Shown: positions 24,901 to 37,358 of the stretch, in pieces
How the letters are laid out: every line of letters begins with the position of its first letter
Position numbering within the stretch: position 1 is the first letter of the stretch
From: Paecilomyces variotii
Lineage: Eukaryota
Length of the DNA stretch: 64,000 nt
NCBI GenBank assembly: GCA_004022145.1
Contig: RCNU01000009.1
Reading direction: 5' to 3' (one strand)
Position numbers and translations under genes: made by a program
The notes under the pieces: model-generated
Seen by the model: only the letters and a program-made list of their open reading frames with translations
Told to the model about the DNA's origin: nothing
Databases searched by the model: none

Positions 24901-27900
24901 TACTAAGATATTATTAAAATATATAGTATAAAAGATATTAAGGTAATCTTATAGGATATTATTAATAAACTATTAAAATATTATTAATACTTTTATTAAG
25001 CTAAATAATATTATTAATAATTTAAATAGGCTAAGTTAAGTGCGAAAGGTAATTAAGTATTCTTATCCTTTTTTAATATAAAGGTTATTAAATATAGAAA
25101 TAATATTAATCTTTATAAAATACTTTATTCCCTTTAAATTATTTAGAGTCTTCTTAATTAAAGATAGAGAGTATTAGTTTTTAATAGTTATTATATTTAA
25201 GGCTTAGTAATCTATATAGATTTATATCCCTCTACTAGGCTTCTTAATAAATAGAATTAGGGATATAGTAGGTAATAAGCTTAAATAGATAAATCCCTTT
25301 TTTAGGTTTTTTTTAATCTATTCTTTTAAGACCTTTAATTTATCTTAAGATATAATATATAAAGATTTAAAAGGAAGTAATTTCTTCTCTAATAGCTTAA
25401 TATTATAATTATAAAAATAATATAATAGTAGGCGCTTAGCCTCTTTAGGAGAAAAAATATTAATATAATTCTTAAACTCTTTAGGCAATAGGTAAGCAAA
25501 GTTATTTTTTTAGATTTATTTAATTTTTAGAGCAGTATTTAAATCCTTTAGAATAATTATAAATATTTAAATATTTCTTTAAGTATAAATAAAATAGGCG
25601 GCTAAGAAAATAAAGGCTATATTTCTCTTTTCTAGTCTTCTAGGTCTTAAGAATAAGTATTAGAATAAAGCTTTTAGGAGAATATTATATAAGATAAATA
25701 TTTTAATTAGCTTTAAGAGTATATTATAATTTTTTTAATAATAATTATTATTAAAAGTAATACTATAGATAGTAAATTATAGATATAAGTTATAGTACTT
25801 TAATTAAAAAAGTCTTAAGATAATAAGATAATACGCTAGTTAAATAATATAGAACTTAGTATTTTTTTTAAAATAGTCTTTAATTATTATATCTATCTAG
25901 ATATAATATATAATCTTCCTATCCTCTAGTTCTCTTCTATTAAATATATATAAAGTAATTAGACTCTTTAAGGGGATAGGCTCTAATTCTTAGTCTTTAG
26001 CCTATCTTTAGTCTATAAATTCTTATCTTTTAGCTCTAGTATTAAGTAAGGTATAAGTTAATAAGTAGATCTTTTCTTTCTTCTTTTTTAATATTATAAG
26101 TAATATTATTAATTTTAATTATTATAAGTATTTTTTAAGATTAATTCTATAAATAATAATAGCAGAGATTTAAATAATATATAATTCTTAAGCCTAGCTA
26201 TAACTTATTTTAGGCTTACTTCTTTTATTAAAAACTAGCTAGGGGATAGATTATATAAGTTTAAAAACTAAATTGCCTAGGGAGTCTAAAAATAGGGTTT
26301 ATATATAGCTATAATTTAAATCTTCTAATAATTATTTAAATGCAGGTAATCTCTAATATAATATTTTAGGGAGCTATAGTAAAAGCAAGCACTAATTTTA
26401 TAATATAATAGGCTATATCCTTTCTTGCCTAAGTATCTAGAAGTATTTAAATCTATTAGATTATATAATTATACTAGGGCTAATTTATTCTTTTATATAG
26501 GGCTTCTCTAAGGCTAATTATTATATTTTATAGCTAGTATAGAACTTAAAGCAGGTAAAGGAAACTAAATATATTAAATAGGTTTTAAAACAGCAATATA
26601 AGTCTTTATAATAAGGGGTTAGTTTATAATATACTAGCAGTAATAATTCTTAAGATCTTATAAAAATTTAATAAATTAATAATATTTATAATTTAGGGGC
26701 TAATTATATAATAATATTTCTTAAAGTTCTTAATTAATAGCTTATTTAAGCAGGGTAAATAATATTTCTTTAAATATTTCTCCTTTTAGCACTAGGTATT
26801 AGAACTTAGTAAAAAAAATTTTAAATTCTTTATTAATTTAATAGAGGTTAAATAGTTTACTATATATATTATTTATATAATTAGAATTATTAAATATATG
26901 CTTTAAAATATTTAGAATCTCTTAGTAATTATTAAGAGTATAAGTTTTATTTCTAATATATAGTAATACTTAGGTATAAGGTATATCCTTTAAGCAGTTA
27001 ATTATATAGGCTATATAGCTCTAGGGAATTAAGAATTAGTCTTAGTTAATTATTATCTTCCCTTAGATCTAGGCTATAAAATACTAAAAATCTTTTTAAT
27101 TACTTTTAAACTTATTTAAGTTAAAAAATCTTTTTAAAAATCTAAGGGCGGAGAAAGATATAATAATAAATATCTTAAATACTCCTATTAAAGTAACTGT
27201 AAATCTCTTAATATTAGGCTTAGATTTAAATATAAATATAGGTATATTTATAGTAAGAATAGCTATATAATAAGCTTAATCTCTCTTAAGAATAGCCTAA
27301 ATATATTATTATTCCTTTTTATTAAGCTATATTTCTTAATATTATTAAATAGCCTTAAGATTAGTATTTTTTTATTTAAGCCTTTATTATATAGCTATAA
27401 ACTCTTATTAAAATTTTTAAAATCTTATTTTAATCTATTTAATATATTAGCTAGCTTTATTTATAAATAACTTAGCTTTAGCAATATATTTATATATTAG
27501 GCAATAATAGTTATATTATTCTAGCCTATAGCTAGTAGTAATATACTTAATAAACTCCCCTAAAATAGTTAATAAGAATAGGGGAATTAGGGCAAGTATT
27601 ATTAATAGTATTAACTCCTAGATAAGAGCTATATAATATTAAGATATAAGCTTAGGGAGCAGGTCAGAATAAATAGAATAAAATAGTTAATATTAAGATT
27701 AGCTATAAAATCTCTATTTAGCTAATTTAGATTAAAATAGGCTATTATAGGTAGGCTTAGTAAATAAGATATAGCTTAAAGAACTTAAATTTAAATTAAG
27801 CTATATACTAAAGATATCTTTATAAGGTTATATAATTCCTTATATAATCTAGAAGAATATAGACCTTACTCTTTTAAATTAAGTAAGTATTAGCTAGCGG

Positions 27901-27936
27901 GTTAGTTATTCTATCCCCTATACTAGTACTATAATA
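15984..27936 (-). mobile_element. RIP-inactivated Ty3/Gypsy chromovirus family C, outer copy (about 6.05 kb without the nested copy)
   Basis: 300-bp LTRs at 15984-16283 and 27637-27936; TSD AAGCT at 15979-15983 and 27937-27941; PPT on the minus strand next to the left LTR. Confidence 0.92.
17657..23559 (-). mobile_element. RIP-inactivated Ty3/Gypsy family C, inner copy (5903 bp) nested in the outer C integrase region
   Basis: 234-bp LTRs at 17657-17890 and 23326-23559; TSD GTCTC at 17652-17656 and 23560-23564; PPT AAGGAGGGGAATAC (minus); RT relic FINNTL...YLNNILIYS (YLDD at 20608-20619); chromodomain-like relic at about 18000-18060. Confidence 0.93.
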
Positions 27937-29091
27937 AAGCTCTATTAATTCTTAGTAGAGCTTTACTTAATATATAGATCTAGTAATACTAAATTATTTA
28001 TTTAGCTCTAGCTAAATATTAGTAATAATAGGCTAGTCTAAAAATTAAATAATTTTAAGAATTTTAGAGTCTAGCAATATTATAATCTAATTCTTTATAA
28101 TAGATTAAGTAGTCTTTTATTATTAGCTATTTCCTTTAAGTAAAGTGCTTTAGTTAAAGATATTAAAATTCTTAATATTAAGATTATTAATAGTAAGCTT
28201 AAATTATTAGTTTTAATTCTAAAAATTACTGCTATTTAATTACAGCTAAAGTATCTTTAGCTATTTAAATATATTATTAATTTGCTTATATAGTAGATTA
28301 ACTTTAGTACTATAATATTTCTCCTGCTACTATAATAGGGGCTAATTTAATAGAGTAATAAGGTTTATTACTAGCATTAACTGTAGTATTAATTACTAAT
28401 AGCCTTAGGTATTTAAATATAAGAATAAACCCTAATATATTTCTAATATAATAGGATAAATATTATTTAGTTCTTATTTTATAGATTAGTATAATATCTC
28501 CTATAGAGGAATATATAGTAAAAAAGTAGTTTTATAAACTAACTTTATTAAAGTATTACAGGAGATCTCTATATAAATCTCCTCTAGCTATATAAATACT
28601 ATCTTAGTCTCCTCTTATAATTATTTATTAGGAGTAAGGTCTATAAGCTCTATAGAAAGGATTAGTTTATTTAATAAAAGGTTAGCTACTTATTGCAATA
28701 CTAGAATAGCTAGAAATCTTTTAAGTATAACTGCCTATATATATATAATAAGTATTAGACTATAATTTAGATTTAATTAAATAATTAATAGAGCTTCTTT
28801 AAATATAATATAGCATCTAAAATAATAGTATTATTATATTATATTAAACTATAATAGGTAACTAAATAGATCTATTTTTAAGCTAGTATTTTTAATAATT
28901 AGGGCTTTTTAAGAATTTATTAGAGAAAAATTTTCACAGGTTAATAAAATACTAAAACTAAGCATATTTTAAAGCTATAAAAGCTTAAAATAAATAATTA
29001 GAACCTAAGGAATTTAATAGGATAATTAAAATATCAATTTAACAGGTAACTAGCTTATAGCTCAAGGGGTAAAGATAAGGGCGATATAACC

Positions 29092-29219
29092 TGAAGGAAG
29101 CGGGAGAAAGCTTGCTTAATTAGATCTAGGAGCTAGGCGAAGCCTATATGGGCTCGCTAGGTCACATGATCGCTAGGGAGCAGGGCGCCGAAAGGGGCAG
29201 CCGGAGGGGGCCTTCAACA
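29092..29219 (-). repeat. Copia A 5' LTR (128 bp), minus-strand TGTTGAAGG...CCTTCA
   Basis: TG...CA ends with short terminal inverted repeat; followed on the minus strand by GGTTATATCGCCC (29091-29079), a putative PBS. Confidence 0.95.
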
Positions 29220-29717
29220 ATGTTAAGTTACTTAATGCTGTGCACTGACATAGGTACACTTGTTTTACATCTACTGGAAACCTAAATATTCAAAAAGGTC
29301 ACTTGATATAAATAGACCGCGTCTCACAATGCCACCTAGCAGAGGTAGTCTGTATTTATAGACAACTGCCTATGGAAATCCCTGAAAATGGCTGCTGTCA
29401 ACTTGTCAAGCAGCTTCGGGCGATGCTCCCCCAATCGTCTCCACATTCTCGGCCTCGTCCTTATTTTCGACCGAGCCTCCGCGTGGAGTTAGATCCGGAG
29501 ATAAATGATGGTCGAAAATGCGCCCCCAAAGAGAATTCTAGACGCAATAATAATAGCTCAGCTGTACGCTGTGAACTGGCGCTTAGGCAGCAGAATTTCT
29601 CGACTCCGGTCTGTCGACTTGCTCAGAAAAGAAAGAGCTTTAATACGCAGTGGTTGCCCATCTTAGGAGTACGGAAGCCGTGAGATACAATATTGTCGCG
29701 TTGGGAAAGGACACCAG

Positions 29718-31183
29718 ATGTGTGGAAGAAACTGGCAGACACACGCATTTTTTCGACGCTTTTTTCGACATCACTCTAGACGCGCTGAAGGCCCAAGGAA
29801 GCCAATTCTTGGAGCGCGCGGGATGAGTTCCTCGACGAGTGCCGTCCTCTATGCGGTCACGATATCCTCTTCGCCAGCAGGCGCGGTCCCTGACGATGCT
29901 AGCAAGAAGGCGCATCATTTGAAAGGTGGATTTAGAAATCCATGGGAGTAAGCCAAGCCAGAGATAGAGCTTGAACAGGAAAACATGCTGACCTAGTCGC
30001 AAGCTCCTGGAAGGACCTGGAGCCGTTGAAGATTGCCTCGTCCTTGATTCGGTGCGTATAAATTTGGTTTCAGTATGCGCAATTAATTTCACCGGTCCTG
30101 ACTTTTCTCTTCCTCAGTCGTCGATTGGCTGGAGAGGCAAACGTCCCGGATACGACTCCTCCCACAGTTCCTGTACATACCCCGAAGTTCCTTCCGACCA
30201 GACAGACACCAAAGCTAAGAGCAACTTGGCTTGGTCACGCTTGCTACTATGTCGAATTCCCGAGCGGTCTTCGAGTGCTGTTTGACCCTGTATTCGAGGA
30301 TCGGTGCTCTCCATTGTCGTGGTTGGGCCCGAAGCGTTACACAGAGGCGCCTTGCAAGATCGGTGATATACCTATGATTGACGCCGTGGTGATCTCTCAC
30401 AACCACTATGATCATCTCTCCTATGACACTGTTACGGAAATTGCGCAGAAGCACCCGAATTGCCATTTCTTTGCGCCCTTGGGAAACAAGAAGTGGTTCA
30501 CTGAGTCGGGAATTAATAACATGACGGAATTGGATTGGTGGGAGGAGCGCGACATGACTCTATCGCCTTCCCAGTCTCCATCTACGGATGTTGTTGAAAC
30601 GGAAGACGGATCTTCTAAAGCCGTCGAGATTCTGGGACGTGTGACCTGCTTGCCTTGCCAGCATACAAGCAACCGAGGCATCCTCGACAGATCGAAGACC
30701 CTGTGGGCATCCTGGAGTATTGAATCTGGAGGTGCTAAAGTCTACTTTGCCGGGTATGTAGCTCTCGTGTGATGTCGGGAACTCTACTGACTGATTATCT
30801 TTAGTGATACGGGATACAGAGCCGTTCCAGAACTGCCAAAGGGTGCCGATGACCACAGTCCAGAATACAAACTTCCCACCTGCCCTGCATTCAAACAGAT
30901 CGGCGAATTCAAGGGGCCTTTTGACCTCGGTTTGATCCCCATTGGTGCTTATGATCCTCGATGGATTATGAGTCCTATGCATGCGGATCCTCATGATGCT
31001 GTAAACATCTTCCAGGACACTAAATGCAAAAGAGCTCTTGGAATGCACTGGGGCACATGGGTTCTGACGGAGGAAGATGTTCTAGAGCCTCCTAAGAAGC
31101 TGAAGGAGGCTCTGGAACGTAACGGCCTTCCTCCAACAGGGACGTTTGACGTCTGTGATATCGGTGAGTCTACAGAGTTTTGA
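29718..31183 (+). CDS. N-acyl-phosphatidylethanolamine phospholipase D / Fmp30-like metallo-beta-lactamase-fold protein
   Basis: GFRNPW, TWLGHAC, DPVF, SHNHYDH (HxHxDH), [22 protein letters not shown]; three GT-AG introns. Alternative start at 29823. Confidence 0.92.
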
Positions 31184-32286
31184 ATGGCCTAATTCCACTG
31201 CTCTAGTGGTGGAATGGCTTAATGCGGTCGTTCCTTTCGGTTGGCCTGTGTATACAGCGAAGAGCGGTGGGCTATAAGCCTCGAGTGATTATGTACCTGT
31301 ACAAACACGACTGTACGTTGACGATGGGTTTGCACTTTGATACCTTTGCTGGTGGTGGCTCGCCTGCCCTTCCAGTTTGTTATTCTTCAGTATTATTATC
31401 TTTTAATGGCCATCCCCTATCCTTAGTTTGAATTAATTTCACATTTCCCGCCTTTATGCTCCTGCGCAAGGGTAGGGGTCTAATTCGTTGACAAAACATC
31501 TGTGTAATCTGTGTAATAATATTCTTGATAGCCCTGATTCAACTTCAGTAAACTCTGTTGACTGATACTACCCTGTTATTCTGGAACTCGACAATGACGC
31601 CAAAGCAGGATAGAACCTACATAGTATTCCATAGAGACCATATCTCGTCAATTATGATTCAGATAATTGACTTGCAGGACAACCCCTTCAGATTAATAGC
31701 CCTTTTGAATGGCTCATATCATCCAACTTGCTGTTCCAATAACCCCGGCTCTATATTCCATTCATTCCCGTGAAAGTACAACCCAAATGGGCCAATATGG
31801 ACAGTGGGCTATCTCCTACAGAATAAGAAATGCTGTTGATATAAGTAGAATCATACAAGAACTGCGGATTAACAGACGTATTTTAAAGGAACTACCCGCT
31901 ATACCATGTTTGGGTGTTGTTCACAGAGATCAGACGGTTTCGCACACGCAAACACCTTAGATGAAAGGGCTTTCACGCTGTAAATATTCTAAGCTTGTTT
32001 CCTGGTCGCGTTCATGACCTCCTACACGTGAAAGATTTCAGTCACCGCGAAGACCTGTCCTTACCGCGAAGACCCTACCACCATAATCGACAACATAATT
32101 GCGTATGCTGAAGCCCTGGAGTGTTCCTGAATACTGCATTGTTAGATGGCCTTTGTGCGTTGACCGGCAGTTGACTTGGTTTTGATCGTGTAGGTTAGTC
32201 CCTGACGTTTCTCATTGGTCATGAGCATTCTATATACTGATATCTCCTGACAACCCAGTTCTGAATAGACTCAGACTTTTATCGAC

Positions 32287-33060
32287 ATGACCTTTACGCA
32301 ACATTTTCCGCGTGACTCCCATCTCGATAGAAGCAGCCAGGAGTCATGGTTGAGTTGGATGGAGAGGATGCAGAGGAGGGGATCAAAAGAAAATATGGAA
32401 GACGAAGACGAGGTTCTTTATGAGCTGGATGATTTCGCCATGGCTCAGCTGCCCCGTCATCTCCAAGAAAACATGCGAGAAATACAAATGGAGCGTTTCA
32501 GCAGACTGTCGGCGCAGGACCCAAATCTTGAGATACTTGCCAATCCGCACCGGATGCACGCAAATCGTCAACATACTACCAATGAATACTCGACGCATCC
32601 GCCGTGTGTGGGCCATCAAAACGTCCACATTGGGGCCGAGACAGGAGAGCGTTTGTTGAACTCAGTGATGAGATCAGCCTCCCTTCGTACGAGGCCCCCG
32701 AGGCCAAGAAGAGAGAGACCGGTTACTATCATGGAAGATACGTGGATGCGCGTTGAGGAAAGTTATCAGTATGATGACTATACCATGGCTGACATGGGCC
32801 CGAGTCTCGCGCCTCATGAGTATCGCGCACCTCTAGCGCCGTCATCAGGAAGAAGAGCGAGGCGTTCAGTAAGTGATGGGTTCCTCCAACCGAGCCACTT
32901 TCACGCACGAGGAAGGACTGCTGGAGGTCATCGCCGCGGTCATGGAAACACGTTCAGCCCGGGCTTGGGGAAGAAAGCATCACGACTTATGTCAAGGATT
33001 CGTGTTCCTGTCAAAAAGAGCTTTTGCGCACTGAGGAGATTCTTGAAGAAAGAGACATAA
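32287..33060 (+). CDS. Hypothetical protein, 257 aa, single exon, no recognised domain
   Basis: ATG-initiated 774-nt ORF in otherwise gene-free space; protein-like composition, Arg-rich C-terminus. Confidence 0.6.
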   Translation: MTFTQHFPRDSHLDRSSQESWLSWMERMQRRGSKENMEDEDEVLYELDDFAMAQLPRHLQENMREIQMERFSRLSAQDPNLEILANPHRMHANRQHTTNEYSTHPPCVGHQNVHIGAETGERLLNSVMRSASLRTRPPRPRRERPVTIMEDTWMRVEESYQYDDYTMADMGPSLAPHEYRAPLAPSSGRRARRSVSDGFLQPSHFHARGRTAGGHRRGHGNTFSPGLGKKASRLMSRIRVPVKKSFCALRRFLKKET

Positions 33061-33958
33061 TTGGCATGTTATACCTTTCTCCGTCGTTACAAGGAGATCG
33101 ATTCTCTATAGTTGGATAACACGAAGATAATCCAGGATAGATCTGTCGACTTCTGGTACAATATGGAAGACAATACTTGCATTCCGCTCTTGGAGAAGAG
33201 AAGTTAATTTGGCTATTTTCGATTTGATGTCATTCTAAGGTTTTTGAGAAGTGAATTCGGAGAAGAAATGATGGAAGCTTCAATGGTGTTATGCTTACTG
33301 AATGCCTCACTGAACCGTGAGATTTTTTATGTCTAAGTAGTCTGCTTGTCTCTGTTTATTACTTTTGTGTCCCGATGTGCGTGCGATTCCAATGTGAGTG
33401 AAATGATGGTCATTCCAAAGCTCAGGACTGGACCATGTTCCCAGTGGCCATTCTCTAAACACATATCTCGAGACTAATGCCCTCGCCTCTGGTGTTGAGA
33501 GTACAAAGCACAATTGAGGGGTTTTACTGTGTAGGATAGGGAATTTATTGATAACGAAAAGCAGTAGTCATGGCATGTTATACATGGATAGTTTCCAATG
33601 ACAGTAACTGGTGATGATACCGGAGAAGAACTGACACAATAATTCTCTGCAATTATAGCTCCGTCTCGTATACTGGAGGACGATTCGAGGTCGAGATTCG
33701 AGAAGCTCCCCTGAGTGGGTGGGATATGCGCTAGTACATAAATGGTTTAGTGGTCGGGGACCTCATCGCTCCCACTTCAAGAGGTTCACTGGAAATTTGA
33801 TAGCAAGTGACGCGCGCGAGAGCACCACACACCGAGCTGTAGTGGTCGTTATCTCACCTCCGACGTCTTTGGTACCTTGAAAGATTTCGGATTTACCTTC
33901 TCATTTGTTTAGTATACTTTTCATCTTTCTAATTTAGCCCCGCACCGACACCGCCAAC

Positions 33959-35853
33959 ATGCAGGCACCGGTGGTGGTTATGAGTACGTTCACCCCGCGC
34001 TGTCCATATGAGCTTGAGCAACAGTGGACAAGAAAGCTAACAAGACCCCAAGACACCCAAAATGGGGACAGACAGGTCGGCCGGAAAGCTCAGCTATCCA
34101 ACATCACAGCTGCTAAGACGTGCGTGTACCCGAATTTTTTTTGCCGTTCGACCCTGACCTGACCATTGTAGCGTCGCGGATATTATTCGATCGTGTCTGG
34201 GCCCGAAGGCAATGCTGAAGATGCTTCTGGACCCTATGGGTGGTATTGTCTTGACGAACGATGGCCACGCCATTCTCCGAGAGATCGAGGTTGCGCACCC
34301 CGCCGCAAAGAGCATGATCGAACTCAGCCGAACGCAGGACGAGGAGGTTGGTGACGGAACAACTACGGTCATTATATTGGGTATGGTGGCCTGTCTAGCA
34401 TCTCCATAGAACCTTTATTGACAACCCGACAGCCGGAGAAATGCTCGCCCAGGCGCTCCCTCAGCTTGAACGCAACATCCACCCGGTCGTCATCATATCC
34501 GCATTCAAGCGTGCTCTCGCAGATGCCCTTGCTGTCGTGGAGGAGATTTCACTTCCTGTTGATATCGACGATGACAAGGCCATGTACAGCCTTATCCAAT
34601 CGTCCATTGGAACGAAGTTCGTATCGAGATGGTCGGAGCTCATGTGCAGTCTGGCACTCAAGGCGGTGAGAACTGTGTCATTCGACGCCGGTGGCGGAAA
34701 GAAGGAAGTTGATATCAAGAGATACGCACGTGTCGAAAAGATTCCTGGTGGCGAGATTGAGAGCAGCGAGGTTATTGATGGTGTGATGGTCAACAAAGAC
34801 ATCACGCACCCCAAGATGAGGAGGAGAATAGAGAACCCGAGGATCATCTTGCTCGACTGTCCGTTGGAGTACAAGAAGGGAGAGTCTCAGACCAACATTG
34901 AGATCACCAAGGAAGACGACTGGAACCGCATTCTGGAAATCGAGGAAGAGCAGGTGAAGCGCATGTGTGAGGCTATTTTGGCACTAAAGCCCGATCTGGT
35001 TATCACTGAGAAGGGAGTATCAGGTATGCCTATCTCCTAGTTTTGTCTTGGAATTTTCTAACGGTCAACTCCACAGATCTCGCCCAGCACTTCCTCGTCA
35101 AGAACAACGTCACAGCATTGCGCCGCGTTAGAAAGACGGACAACAACCGTATTGCCCGTGCTACTGGTGCAACTATTGTGAACAGGGTGGACGACCTCCA
35201 GGAGTCTGACGTCGGAACGCAGTGCGGTCTATTTGAAATTGAGAAGATCGGCGACGAGTACTTCACCTTCCTCAGGAAATGCAAGTCTCCCAAGGCCTGC
35301 ACGATCCTTCTGAGAGGACCATCGAAAGATATCCTGAACGAAATCGAGCGTAACCTTCAGGATGCTATGTCTGTCGCGCGGAATGTTATTTTCCACCCCC
35401 GACTATCTCCCGGAGGAGGTGCTACCGAAATGGCCGTTTCTGTGAAGCTGAGCCAACTGGCCAGATCCGTTGAAGGAGTCCAGCAATGGCCCTACAAGGC
35501 CGTTGCAGACGCTCTGGAGGTCATTCCTAGAACGCTTGTGCAGAATGCCGGTGGCAGCCCTATTCGAGTTCTCACCCGTCTGAGAGCCAAACATGTTGAG
35601 GGCAACACTACGTGGGGTGTGGACGGCGACACTGGAAATCTCGTGGATATGAAGGAATATGGTGTCTGGGAACCCGAAGCTGTCAAGCTGCAGAGTATTA
35701 AGACAGCTGTAGAGGTTAGTCCACTAACTTTGATTACTCGAACTCGACTAACACTCTTTACAGTCTGCCTGCCTCCTTCTTCGTGTCGACGATATTTGCA
35801 GTGCTAAATCGGCACAGCAGGCCGGTGGAAACGTCGGCGGTGGTGACGATTAA
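33959..35853 (+). CDS. cct3: T-complex protein 1 subunit gamma (CCT3)
   Basis: [50 protein letters not shown]; five introns; stop TAA at 35851-35853. Confidence 0.97.
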
Positions 35854-36007
35854 TCCAAAAATGTGTCGGTAATAAAATGCCTTATAACGCTGCATTATGC
35901 ATATCCATTTTGTATGAATATCCTAGATGAACAATAAATGGGTATCTCGGTATTGGTACAGTTTTGGTCCACCTTAATTATTAAATCCTTCCCGTTCGAT
36001 TCGACCT

Positions 36008-36616
36008 TCAGTCGTCTTCATGAATTATTACACCTGGTTCATCGTAGTCTCTTGCCTCTGCTCCATCGGCAGCAGGCTGGGGCCTTTCCTCGTCCTCTCC
36101 TCTGTCTTCCCCAGTATGTCCTCTAGGCCCGCCATCTGGCTTATCCACCTTCATTTCGACATCTCCGTTGCTCGCACCGCCCCTTTTATTCTTTCCGGCC
36201 TTCCTTTTTTCTCTCTTCTTTCTGTTCTTCTCCGTCTTTTCTTCGTCCTTGCGCTTCTGTTCCTCCCTCTTCCTTTCGAATTCCTCGTCCGCCTTTTCCT
36301 TTTTCACCTCCTCCTCCATCAACCGCATCCGCTCATATTCCCTCCTGCGACTGGCTTTGTAGACGTGGAATTCGCCGGACCCCGCACCAGCCGAAGATCC
36401 CTGTACGTTGGCGACGATTTCCGGTGGTGGAGGGAGCGCAGCACTTGTCTTCTCCTTTTTTGGAGGAGGAATCTGGATATCTTTGGTAGGATCCTTGAAT
36501 AGAGATTCGATCTGTGTCGCCTGTTCGGAGACTGGCGTGAGCGCGCGACGCTTCAGCGGTCGCTTGCTGCGCCGGTCCGCGCTCGTGGGTACAGACTCGG
36601 GGACGGACTCTGACAT
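36008..36616 (-). CDS. PRKR-interacting protein 1 / DUF1168 spliceosome-associated protein
   Basis: Signature NVQGSSAGAGSGEFHVYKASRRREYER followed by a charged coiled coil. Confidence 0.92.
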   Translation of the reverse strand: MSESVPESVPTSADRRSKRPLKRRALTPVSEQATQIESLFKDPTKDIQIPPPKKEKTSAALPPPPEIVANVQGSSAGAGSGEFHVYKASRRREYERMRLMEEEVKKEKADEEFERKREEQKRKDEEKTEKNRKKREKRKAGKNKRGGASNGDVEMKVDKPDGGPRGHTGEDRGEDEERPQPAADGAEARDYDEPGVIIHEDD

Positions 36617-37358
36617 GTTGGAAGAGTACGAATTCAGCTTTTCTAGAAGCCTAGAAGACGGTGGGGGAGGCGGTTCAGAATTTAGGTGTCAGCTGTCGCG
36701 AAACGCGAGACGAAAAGCTGACGTAGCTCCGTGACTAGCTTTCCGGAATAGTGAACCTTGTCTCCGGGTCTTTTTGTGAGGATCGGATAAGCTTGGTGGT
36801 GAAGAAAGACCCGAGTACGTGGAGCAATAGTCGAGGAGTTGAAGTTGGCAATGAAGAAGCGATCGCGCAGAGAGAGAGAGATAAGTAGAAGAAACCCGCG
36901 TTCGGCGGATCACTTGAGTAGGAAGCGGGCCAGACTTCCCCGATGGAAGAGATCATCTATTAGTTTACTCTAGCTATGGCAGTGGCTCGCAGCTGCCGGG
37001 AAGCTTCTATTGCATTATAGCTTCGGACAATTACTCCTTGACCATGTAACTGGTATCCATTGGTGTTTGATTGCATGTTCTTAGTGTCGTTGTAGTCAAT
37101 CTGCATCGTGGTTTAGGTAAGACAACTCCCGACTTGTCACGCCTAGACCGCGGTGGGCAGTTACTGCTTGTGATCCATTGATATCTCTAGCGGAGCTCAC
37201 CGCAATTGCCCTTCCGTTCGTTTGATATATATACCTTTTCGGCTGTTGTAAACTACAACGGATCCTATATGCTTTTATTCAACCGGAATTCAGGACTCCG
37301 AGAGTCTATCCCCATTGTTTGAGTACTCCTTTTGGGTCCCTTCTGCCCCGCGTGAGCC

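Larger units (their letters stand above)
3985..29219 (-). mobile_element. RIP-inactivated Ty1/Copia LTR retrotransposon (element A; about 5.3 kb after removing nested inserts)
   Basis: 128-bp LTRs; TSD ATGTT at 3980-3984 and 29220-29224; PPT at 4113-4120 (minus strand AGGGTAGG). Minus-strand relics: RNase H (KYSKYINI*FY, DNIANSFIK, about 4300-4420), RT YINN=YVDD at 5184-5195, AFLN and A(L)YGL-like at about 13300-13430, integrase P-Q-N motif near 14980. Order IN-RT-RH is Copia. Confidence 0.93.

Noticed and set aside
3985..29219. Centromere or Starship element
   Set aside because: The whole block is bounded by one LTR pair with a perfect 5-bp TSD inside a short promoter; no tyrosine-recombinase captain or cargo genes are visible. 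Centromere function would need CENP-A data.
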